This document shows, in pieces, positions 34,717 through 43,628 of a DNA stretch of 64,000 nucleotides (position 1 is its first letter; each line of letters opens with the position of its first letter). The stretch covers positions 62,001 through 126,000 of the IMG/VR virus record IMGVR_UViG_3300045970_000794; one strand, written 5' to 3'. The notes beneath the pieces were generated by a model. That model did not search any database, was not told the DNA's origin, and saw only the letters and a program-made list of their open reading frames with translations. The position numbers and the translations under genes were made by a program.

Positions 34717-37290
34717 TTATATTTTACCACTTTCTACAACTTCATCTATCTTTTCAATGATGAATTGAGATACTTTGGAAATAATTTCCATATTTTTCTG
34801 AATTCTTTCTTTATTAGCTTTCCATAATGCTAAATAAGTCGCATGTTGTGTCGTTGGTAATCCATAATGTTTCAATACTACATAAGATACGCTTTCAGCT
34901 TGTAATTCCTGTAATGCTGAGGTTTGATAATTACCATTATCAATATGAAAAATAGATTTTTCTTTCCAATGCATTAATTCATGACCAAGTTCATGTACCA
35001 TAGTTGATAATTTACCAATACCAGTCATATCTGATGATATATTAATCTTATCACCAGCACTATAACCCTTTTCTTTACCTTTTGACGAATCAACTGTTAC
35101 ATCCACACCCATATATCTTGCAACTTCAGTTACAGCATCAAATAATTTATCAGCGGTTTCTGATGGTGTATTATCACCCCACCATTGTGGTTCATCTGGA
35201 ATATCACCCCTTTCATCAATTGCTTTTGTATCTGACACATCAAATACTCTTGCTGGTACAAATCTAATCTGACTATCTTGATTTTGTCCTAAAACATCCA
35301 ATTGATTGTCAGTTTCATCATCCGATAATGCAGTATTAGGTTTATTAGATTTCTGTGGGCGAAGTATACTAATAGATGTCGCACCTTTTTGTACTTGTCT
35401 ATGTACTTTTTGCCATGTATTATAGCCAGCAACCTTAGTTGCATCTGGTTTTTGTATGTAAATAAGTATTCTATTGTAAAAACTATATTGATGGAATTTT
35501 GAGAAGAATGTTAAATATCTTCTAATTTCAGCTGATAATGCCACCTCATCAGTTGCATTAGCTAAATCTGAAATATATTGTTCTAATTTACCTTTTAGAA
35601 AATCTTTATTTTCAGTACCAGAAGCTTCAACAGCATCTTCAATATCTTCCAATGAATTAATGATATACTCAGCTTTATTAACCAATGATAATGTTCTTTT
35701 AGCGATTTCCAATTTATCAGCTGGAATCACCCATGCTTTACCATTCCAATTAAATCCATTTTGTTTTAAAACATTTTTATTTCTGAATGTTTCATTACTA
35801 GCATCTTTACCCTCTAAATCGGATAAAACAATCAACATATTGTTTGGTTTATCGTGTTGTAGTTTTAATGATTCATCTAATGATGGAGAAATCATTGAGT
35901 TTCTACTTTTTTTTTGTTTAACTACATTATCAACAGCACCAACACTACAACCACCTTCTTGTGCTTTAGTATTGTTATTTAATTTAGTACAATTATCAAG
36001 TTCAACAAACCCACCATTAGGGTAAGCTGTATCGGTTTGATTACTTTCTAATATTTTACCACCTGGTATCATCGGTTTTTTACCATGTACCGAACTATTT
36101 TTATCTTTAGCCCAAATCTTAGGTTGAACGAATGAACCACCAACACTACCAGTTGTTGTATTTTCATCAACTTCTTCAGATTCTTCAATCTCTAATGTTT
36201 CATCCAATTCTTTAATTTTAGCTTCTAATGCTTCTTGTATTTTTCTACTTATAACACCCATAGGTGCTACAAAAGAACCGCCAACACCACCAGCAGTTGT
36301 ATTTTCATTTTGTTGAATGTGTAATATCTCAGCTAATTTATCACTTGGGAATGTTCTACTTAATTCAGCAGCCAATTCAGAATCAATCTTAATAATATCA
36401 TCACCATTTCCAAATCCCTCAAGACCTTGGCCTTTAGTTAAATCGTTAAAATGATAATTAACATAACCATTAATCACATTACCATCAATTTCTACTGAAT
36501 CATAATCATATTCGAAATCTGGTTGACCATCTTCATCATTACCAATATAATCCATTGGTACTTCAGCGAATTCCATAAAATCTTTTGGGTCAATGCCAGA
36601 GTAATAAAATACAAAAAATTCACCACCACTATTCTTCATGATGGCAATCTCATTATTCATATATAATGTATTGTAATTAGATTCAGAAACTTGTGTAGGT
36701 GTAGTTGTTCTGGTTGTTTGATTACCAGGTTCTTGGTCTAATGAATGTGATGGGTCTGGTGTAAAATTACCAGCTTCAACTAATTTCATTTCACTTAGCT
36801 CTTGAGCTAAATGTTTGATATTTCGTTTAATATTTTTAGAGTTAACATTAATTTTACCATCTTCATTATTTATAATATCAAAATCGATTAAACGATTCAT
36901 CAATTCTTCACGTTTTAACCCTAGTTTTGTTATGATTGGACTTGTTTTACTAATTTGCTCACCATTAACTAAACCAGATAATACCTTTTTAATTTCCTCA
37001 CCAACTTCTCTTAACGTAAATCCCTCTTCACTTTCAGTAATTTTAGTTGCTGGTGTGAATGATTTAGTTGTTTTCTCATTTTCTTTTGGTGTTTGTGGTT
37101 TATAATCAGTACCCATAACTGGATGCTCACCTAAATCAGTATCTTCAGTAAAATTAATTTTTTCCTTCATACCACTATTAGCAGCACTTTGTTGGAACTG
37201 TGCTTTTAAATTATGGGTTGCTTTGCTTTCTTCAATATGTTCAACAACCTTTGATAATTGTTCTTGTGTTAATTTAACTTTTTTTCCCAT
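34717..37290 (-). CDS. polyvalent protein: low-complexity N-terminus plus ArdC-like ssDNA-binding domain and zincin (HELGH) domain
   Basis: FHQYSFYNRILIYIQKPDATKVAGYNTWQKVHRQVQKG...VFDVSDT...HELGH...ELQAESVSYVV. Confidence 0.75.
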   Translation of the reverse strand: MGKKVKLTQEQLSKVVEHIEESKATHNLKAQFQQSAANSGMKEKINFTEDTDLGEHPVMGTDYKPQTPKENEKTTKSFTPATKITESEEGFTLREVGEEIKKVLSGLVNGEQISKTSPIITKLGLKREELMNRLIDFDIINNEDGKINVNSKNIKRNIKHLAQELSEMKLVEAGNFTPDPSHSLDQEPGNQTTRTTTPTQVSESNYNTLYMNNEIAIMKNSGGEFFVFYYSGIDPKDFMEFAEVPMDYIGNDEDGQPDFEYDYDSVEIDGNVINGYVNYHFNDLTKGQGLEGFGNGDDIIKIDSELAAELSRTFPSDKLAEILHIQQNENTTAGGVGGSFVAPMGVISRKIQEALEAKIKELDETLEIEESEEVDENTTTGSVGGSFVQPKIWAKDKNSSVHGKKPMIPGGKILESNQTDTAYPNGGFVELDNCTKLNNNTKAQEGGCSVGAVDNVVKQKKSRNSMISPSLDESLKLQHDKPNNMLIVLSDLEGKDASNETFRNKNVLKQNGFNWNGKAWVIPADKLEIAKRTLSLVNKAEYIINSLEDIEDAVEASGTENKDFLKGKLEQYISDLANATDEVALSAEIRRYLTFFSKFHQYSFYNRILIYIQKPDATKVAGYNTWQKVHRQVQKGATSISILRPQKSNKPNTALSDDETDNQLDVLGQNQDSQIRFVPARVFDVSDTKAIDERGDIPDEPQWWGDNTPSETADKLFDAVTEVARYMGVDVTVDSSKGKEKGYSAGDKINISSDMTGIGKLSTMVHELGHELMHWKEKSIFHIDNGNYQTSALQELQAESVSYVVLKHYGLPTTQHATYLALWKANKERIQKNMEIISKVSQFIIEKIDEVVESGKI

Positions 37291-37292
37291 AA

Positions 37293-37550
37293 TTATGCTG
37301 ATTTATTTGACAATGATGACTTCCAGAAATTACGTTTAGTCCATAAAGTCTTATATAATTGAGTTATTACATTACCAGCAATATCAACAATTTTATCTTC
37401 CAATTCTTTATTGGATTTAAGATGTTGTTTAACGATGGCCGTAACTTTATCCTTCAAATCGTTAGAATTAAGAACGGTTTTAACCTCTTGTTTAACATCG
37501 TCTCTGGTTAACTCTTCGTGTAATCTTGTTTTAATGAAATTATTCTCCAT
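37293..37550 (-). CDS. hypothetical protein
   Basis: Start MENNF after TATTTATA motif. Confidence 0.6.
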   Translation of the reverse strand: MENNFIKTRLHEELTRDDVKQEVKTVLNSNDLKDKVTAIVKQHLKSNKELEDKIVDIAGNVITQLYKTLWTKRNFWKSSLSNKSA

Positions 37551-37789
37551 AATTTTGTTTTTATATAAATATATCAATGTCATGGTAACTTAAATGAAAA
37601 AAGCTCATAATGAGCTTTAATCTTGAAAGTATCTTGGTGGGATTTTACTAGCCGCATATAATCTAGTTCGAAAATAGTCTATACATTCGATTGGTATTAA
37701 TTTCTTTTTAAAATCTTCAATACTACTGAAACCTTTAATTATTAAACTACCCATTTCAGCCTTTGAGAATAACTCTAATTGCTCTTTCA

Positions 37790-38587
37790 TTAAAATTTGA
37801 ATATTGAGAACGTTATACCTAAACCAACCTGTAAATTAAACTTCAAATCAGAACCAACGCCAACTCCAATATACGGACCAACACCCCATTTTTTGTTTTT
37901 AGTGAATTTTTTCATCACTGGATGATTTTTAGGGTCAATAATAGCACCTTCTAAATCACTTATAGTTAGGTTAGGATAATCGCTTCTGGCGAATATTTCA
38001 ATATTACCATCTTTTTCACGTAACCCTGTGATTAAATTAAATTTAATATCATCTTTAAATAAACTAGTATTTAGCGGAGTTATTTTATACTCAACCTTTT
38101 CAACACCATTAACAATTGTTTTTATTGTATCTTGTTTAAATCTACTTTCACCAGCAATTGACCTAGAATTCTTCGCATTGAAGGTCGTATCATAATCCCA
38201 TTTTAATCCATAAACACCATTACTATATTGAATTAATTTATTCTCAATGTATATCGTATCTCTAAGCTTAATATGTGCTAAAATACTCATTAATTCACTA
38301 ACTTTACCTTTTTCTTTCTTTAATTCATCAGCTAAATTTTTACTTAATTTATCTAAATCACCTTTTTCGGTAATTAATACATTAATTGATGATTCTAGTT
38401 GACCATTTTTTGTTTTACCAACTCTAACACTATCAGTCAACGCCTTTGTATTTTGTTCTGACATTGAAAGTCTAGTATCAAGATTTTGTATTCTAGTCCA
38501 ACCAATATAGCCAATGATAACCAACAATAATATTACTATGATTAAAACATTGCGCTGTACTTTAATATTTAAAGTTTTATCTTCCAT
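37790..38587 (-). CDS. membrane-anchored coiled-coil protein with C-terminal beta strands (spanin-like)
   Basis: N-terminal TM helix, coiled coil, WGVGPYIGVG...GLGITFSIFKF; next to amidase. Confidence 0.5.
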   Translation of the reverse strand: MEDKTLNIKVQRNVLIIVILLLVIIGYIGWTRIQNLDTRLSMSEQNTKALTDSVRVGKTKNGQLESSINVLITEKGDLDKLSKNLADELKKEKGKVSELMSILAHIKLRDTIYIENKLIQYSNGVYGLKWDYDTTFNAKNSRSIAGESRFKQDTIKTIVNGVEKVEYKITPLNTSLFKDDIKFNLITGLREKDGNIEIFARSDYPNLTISDLEGAIIDPKNHPVMKKFTKNKKWGVGPYIGVGVGSDLKFNLQVGLGITFSIFKF

Positions 38588-38593
38588 TTTTTG

Positions 38594-39139
38594 TTACTCC
38601 TTATACCTATATTCTGTATGTAATTTTACTGACCACTCTTTTGACCAATTTTTATAAAATCCGTAAAGCTTATTCATTGTTGTAATAGTATTATCATCAA
38701 TTTTAAGACTTTGAACGGTAATATTTAAACCATCTGAATCTTTTAATGACATAACCCATTCCAAACCACCTAAATCTTGGAAAACACCGCTAAATACAGC
38801 ATTTTGCTCTTTACGATAAATTTTAAATCCATTAAATTGAACTTTAGGGCTCACGGAATCCATAAACGCTTTTTCTATGTTCTTCATTTCATCTGGACTT
38901 AAATCTTCTGCTTCAGAAGGTTCTTGGTCAACGTTGGTTACGCCATTAGTTGACGATTCCATTCCACCAGATACTTCTTCAGATTCAGTGATTAATTTAA
39001 CACCATTTCTCATTGTGTTAAGCATTTTCTTAGTTATGTCATGTTCTTCAACTAATACTGGTTTCTCAGGTGAACCATTTCTCATTGTGTCAAGCATTTT
39101 CTTTGTCATATCATGCTCTTGTTCATATAATTTATTCAT
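38594..39139 (-). CDS. hypothetical protein with internal repeat
   Basis: EHDMTKKMLDTMRNG / EHDITKKMLNTMRNG. Confidence 0.65.
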   Translation of the reverse strand: MNKLYEQEHDMTKKMLDTMRNGSPEKPVLVEEHDITKKMLNTMRNGVKLITESEEVSGGMESSTNGVTNVDQEPSEAEDLSPDEMKNIEKAFMDSVSPKVQFNGFKIYRKEQNAVFSGVFQDLGGLEWVMSLKDSDGLNITVQSLKIDDNTITTMNKLYGFYKNWSKEWSVKLHTEYRYKE

Positions 39140-39755
39140 ACTTAAAATTTTTTAATTCTAAATTATTTTTAAATTCAATAAAATCGAACGCTGGGCTTAA
39201 ATCGGTGAATTCCTTAGAGAAATTACTTCTAAAAACAACACCACCATAATCTAATATTGAATCAACTTTAGTATTATGCCCAACAGTCTTTAAATAAATA
39301 TCATATTTCTCACATAGATACCTAATTAAATTAATTAATGAATTCATTTGCACTTCAGAATATGGGGTCCAATATTTTTGACTCCTCCATTTTCGTTCAA
39401 TTACATCATCAGATTCGAATTTATTACCATATATTGTAGTGTATGTATTATCAAGTTCATTTTTTTCTAACCAACCTTCATTAACTAAAACAATTGATAT
39501 AATCGTCTCATTAACACCTTTAATATTCATAAATTCAGAGAAATATTTTGGGTCAAAATGTTGATAGATTTTACCATCAACATCAATCGTAAAATTAGTA
39601 GTACCTTTAAATTTACCATTTAATCTAGTAATCCAACCATTATAATGATTCATATTAGAATTGAATGAATGACCAATCACTATCTGATTTTTTTTAGTCT
39701 CAATTTTATGGTAATTATCTTCATTTAGTTTATATAATTCAGAATCTATGTTCAT
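39132..39755 (-). CDS. Amidase_2-like cell-wall hydrolase
   Basis: QIVIGHS...NFTIDVDGKIYQ...SIVLVNEG...DLSPAF. Confidence 0.65.
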   Translation of the reverse strand: MNIDSELYKLNEDNYHKIETKKNQIVIGHSFNSNMNHYNGWITRLNGKFKGTTNFTIDVDGKIYQHFDPKYFSEFMNIKGVNETIISIVLVNEGWLEKNELDNTYTTIYGNKFESDDVIERKWRSQKYWTPYSEVQMNSLINLIRYLCEKYDIYLKTVGHNTKVDSILDYGGVVFRSNFSKEFTDLSPAFDFIEFKNNLELKNFKYE

Positions 39756-39756
39756 A

Positions 39757-40734
39757 CTAAACATCCCCTCTCTTATAATAAATTTCATTAGGATTTAAAT
39801 TCTTAATTATTTTATTACGACCTATTCGACCAATACTCATTATACTCGCATTCTTATCACTTGTACGATGATTTATCACCTCAGGTGGTGTTTCGATATC
39901 TTCAGACACAATCGTCTCTGTAATCGCTTCTAAATTCGTTTCAGCTTCTGGTTCATTAACAATGGTAATATCTTCTTTGATTGGCTCCATTTGTTTATAC
40001 TCAACCTCGGTAATCTCTGGTTTAATATTATATGAATTAGAACCAACTGGTATTACAAATGTTCGTTTAACTTCATTACTTTTATCAGTATGACCTAATA
40101 TCCTAGCATCTTCCATTAATTGTTCTATATTTGATGGTAAATAAAAATCCTTTTCAATTTTTTCTGGGTTATACTCCATATTAACGATACCAGTAACTGG
40201 GTCAACTAAAGGTTTAGTAATATCATTAGCTGGATATGGTATTGGGTCGGTTGTTTCTTTTTTAGGTTCTTCATCCCTATCATTGAATGATATTAATAAA
40301 TGTAAAAATGATAATGAAATAACTGGTATTAATCCACCAGCAAATAATGCTAACCATCTTTTATGTGCTAATAAATCACCAGATGTTGCCATTCCAATTG
40401 AATCGAATAGTGGATTCACTAAGTCAACCCAAGCTAAAAACACTTTATTCGTAATATCAATATATTGGAATGAAAAAAATACATTACCGATAAACTGAAT
40501 TAAGGTTACTATTAGAAATGGTAAATAAACCCATTTATTCATTTTGGCTGTTATACCAGCTAATGCACTTAATGCCGCAATTTCAACCCCAACTGATAGA
40601 TATGTAGCCCATGACATTGGATTAGTCATTCCATACCAAGTAATAACGTGCGCTATTGATACACCAGCGGCGAATAATATTGGAATTATGTAGGATAATC
40701 TAATTATTGTTTTATAATTTCTTTTGAACCACAT
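39757..40734 (-). CDS. multi-pass membrane protein with acidic tail
   Basis: Four hydrophobic segments in the N-terminal half. Confidence 0.65.
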   Translation of the reverse strand: MWFKRNYKTIIRLSYIIPILFAAGVSIAHVITWYGMTNPMSWATYLSVGVEIAALSALAGITAKMNKWVYLPFLIVTLIQFIGNVFFSFQYIDITNKVFLAWVDLVNPLFDSIGMATSGDLLAHKRWLALFAGGLIPVISLSFLHLLISFNDRDEEPKKETTDPIPYPANDITKPLVDPVTGIVNMEYNPEKIEKDFYLPSNIEQLMEDARILGHTDKSNEVKRTFVIPVGSNSYNIKPEITEVEYKQMEPIKEDITIVNEPEAETNLEAITETIVSEDIETPPEVINHRTSDKNASIMSIGRIGRNKIIKNLNPNEIYYKRGDV

Positions 40735-40784
40735 AATATTTAATTTAAAAACCAAAGCCCCTATTATCGGGGCTTTTTATTTAG

Positions 40785-40964
40785 TTATTTTTTCACTTCG
40801 ATTTTCTTTGTCGTGTCAGCAATAGTTTTACTGGTGTCACAAATAGTTGTATCCTTAACTACACAAGAATCAACACAACTCTTTTTATCTTTAACACCAC
40901 CGTTGTTGCATGATACGATGAATAAACTAGTTAACATCGCAGCAAAAATTAATACATTTCTCAT
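40785..40964 (-). CDS. small lipoprotein (59 aa)
   Basis: Manual translation MRNVLIFAAMLTSLFIVS-CNNGG; followed by terminator 40753-40778. Confidence 0.65.
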   Translation of the reverse strand: MRNVLIFAAMLTSLFIVSCNNGGVKDKKSCVDSCVVKDTTICDTSKTIADTTKKIEVKK

Positions 40965-40982
40965 CTACTTTTACTTTTTAAT

Positions 40983-41327
40983 TTAATTATTATTATTTTT
41001 ATTATTCTTATTCTTGAGTTTAGTCTCAATTAACTTTAATCTATTAGTCAACTCTTCGGAAGTTATTTTATTATTCACAATTGCGAAGACTAACATATTG
41101 TATTCTTTAAGCATTTCATTATTCATTAAAATAATATCGCTCTTATTTGGTGCATTTAAATGACTTGCTATTATTAAACTATCAATAGTGGCATGTTCAT
41201 TTTTACTTATTTCATTAGCCTCTTTTAGTTTCTGACCGCTTGAGCATGTCTTGAAAAAGCTTACCAAACTTAGGGATAATATGATAATTAAACCATATTT
41301 GTTTACAAATTCAATTAATTTATTCAT
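40983..41327 (-). CDS. membrane-anchored hypothetical protein
   Basis: N-terminal hydrophobic segment. Confidence 0.55.
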   Translation of the reverse strand: MNKLIEFVNKYGLIIILSLSLVSFFKTCSSGQKLKEANEISKNEHATIDSLIIASHLNAPNKSDIILMNNEMLKEYNMLVFAIVNNKITSEELTNRLKLIETKLKNKNNKNNNN

Positions 41328-41387
41328 AATTCAATATTTTAAATGTTTTTAGTTTCATAATAAATATACTTAACTTGATAAATGAGA

Positions 41388-42227
41388 TTACAATAACTCA
41401 AATATGTTTCTAATATGATGTCTAAGTTTCCTTATCGCCTTTTCTTTTATTTGACGAACTCGTTCCTTAGTTAACTCATATATATCACCTATAGCCTCTA
41501 AAGTCATAGCTTCAAAGTCTGGATTTAACCCAAAATAAAGTTCAATAATTTCTCTTTCCCTTTGACTTAAATGACTTAACGCATTTGTTAATTCTTTTGT
41601 AATTAAAGAATTGTTGGATTCTAGTTCATCTGGGCTTTTGGCTGAATTATCACACAATAAATCACATAATTCATCACCATCTTCATTTATTTCAATATTT
41701 AACGAAGTGCATGATGGATATGTCATATTGGTGTACTCAACCTGTAAATCAGAACCAACTTCAGATATAATCTCACCATCAACAGGCATTCGGCCATTAT
41801 CCATTTCGAATTTAGCTAATAATTTACGTACTTGTGATAATTTATTAATAATATTGGTTGGTAACCTTATAGTTCTAGAGTTTTCATTTAATCCTTGTAA
41901 AATACATTGTTTAATCCACCATACCGCATATGAAATGAATCTAAAACCACGTGATGGGTCAAACTTCATTGCTGCTTTAATTAAGCCTTCATTACCATCG
42001 TTAATTAAATCAGGTAATTCAACGCCATGTCCTTGATATTCTTTTGCAATTGATACTACAAATAATAGGTTAGCTGAAACTAATTCTTCAATCGCTTTTT
42101 CATCACCTTTTTGAATTCTAAGCGCAATTTCAATTTCTTGTTCTGGGGTTAGTAAGTTGGAGCCGTTAATGTCTTTGAAATACCTATTAATACAGGTATC
42201 TGTTGTGTCAATAAATTTTTTAACCAT
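41388..42227 (-). CDS. RNA polymerase sigma70 factor (RpoD/RpoS group, Bacteroidota-like)
   Basis: ANLLFVVSIAKEY...DLINDGNEGLIKAAMKFD...FISYAVWWI...TKERVRQIKEKA. Confidence 0.95.
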   Translation of the reverse strand: MVKKFIDTTDTCINRYFKDINGSNLLTPEQEIEIALRIQKGDEKAIEELVSANLLFVVSIAKEYQGHGVELPDLINDGNEGLIKAAMKFDPSRGFRFISYAVWWIKQCILQGLNENSRTIRLPTNIINKLSQVRKLLAKFEMDNGRMPVDGEIISEVGSDLQVEYTNMTYPSCTSLNIEINEDGDELCDLLCDNSAKSPDELESNNSLITKELTNALSHLSQREREIIELYFGLNPDFEAMTLEAIGDIYELTKERVRQIKEKAIRKLRHHIRNIFELL

Positions 42228-42318
42228 CTATTCATTTCTTTACGTTTTAAATTATTGTATTCGTTTAAATCTAATAATAAATACGCAAAAGTAAATAGTA
42301 TGTTGCTAGGTTTCTTAA

Positions 42319-42855
42319 TTATTTTTTATAATTAGATACTTTTTTTAATAGTTTTCTATCATAGTCAGTTAAGTTCTCAATACCCTTATCTATGATTTCA
42401 TCAACAATTTTATTACGCTGGTCAATTGATAGATTATCTAAATTAATGGAATTTAAATCACTTTTCTTATTTTTAATGATTTTAGTCTGAGTTGAGCCAC
42501 TGATTACTGGTTCTGGTATTCTACTAATAGAACCATTAATATCAGATAATAATTTACCAGTTAATGTATTCAAACTTTGGAACCCACTAATATCACCAAA
42601 TAAGTGTTCATGAATTGCTTTATTTGTTAGATTAACACCATAATTATCTTGACCCATTTCAAATAATATGAATGACCGATTATTTAATGTGAAAAATTCT
42701 TTCAACTCCAAGGTCGTTGCTATCGTGGAAAATGTTGCAATAACAATCCCTTTAGCATCAACATAACGCACAGCGGTTTCGGATATCTTACCGATTTCAT
42801 CCTTAACACCTTCAACTCGCCCAAGTACTACTAGGCAATAATTTTTAAATTCCAT
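42319..42855 (-). CDS. hypothetical protein
   Basis: 178-aa ORF. Confidence 0.65.
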   Translation of the reverse strand: MEFKNYCLVVLGRVEGVKDEIGKISETAVRYVDAKGIVIATFSTIATTLELKEFFTLNNRSFILFEMGQDNYGVNLTNKAIHEHLFGDISGFQSLNTLTGKLLSDINGSISRIPEPVISGSTQTKIIKNKKSDLNSINLDNLSIDQRNKIVDEIIDKGIENLTDYDRKLLKKVSNYKK

Positions 42856-42906
42856 AATTTAAAATTTAATTTATACAAATATACTTTAACTATTATAAAT
42901 AATCAA

Positions 42907-43567
42907 CTATTTGGTTGAAATTATTGAAATATTATTAGTTTTCTTAATAGTGACAATATTATCTCTTTTTTCATCCCTATTAATTTTACTACATAATGGC
43001 TGTAAATTACTATAATAACTTAATTTTAATATTTCTTCTTCAGTTTTGGCTGAAGATAATGGTATAATGTGGTCAATATCCCAACCATAACCATATTCAC
43101 CATTATATTTACCGTAATTAACCCAATTCATCCATGACTCAAATTTTGATTCTAAATGTAGTTTAAATTCTTCAATAGTACAACCAAGTATTTCAAATGT
43201 TTTTGATTTTTTAATTATATTTCGTTTCTTTAAAATCATTCTATATTTCTTCGCAAATTAGTGGTTAATTTAAATAATGGGTCAACTTCTCTACGTTTTT
43301 TATATCGTTCATTATTTTTACGTTGTTTTACCTCTTTATTCTCTTTAAAATATTCTTTACTATATTCTTTAATTTTCACCTTATTTTCACCTTATTTTCA
43401 ATATAATAAGTTTTTAAATATTCTTTTCGCTTCTCAAATCTTTCTTTTTTTAATCTTTCTTTTTCTTCATCAGTAATTGGAGTCTTTCTAAATTTATCAT
43501 AATATTTTCTAGCTTCTATTTTTCTAGCAGCTTTCTTTTCATCATCAGTAAAATATTTTTTCTTCAT
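42907..43567 (-). pseudogene. HNH endonuclease, frameshifted
   Basis: HLESKFESWMNWVNYG...WDIDHIIP...NLQPLC; broken by an 11-bp tandem duplication near 43373-43394 and a probable 1-nt deletion near 43240. Confidence 0.75.
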
Positions 43568-43628
43568 ATCTTTATTTTATAATAAAAAAATACATATGAA
43601 GAAAAATGTAAAGTCTTTAACAATTTTT

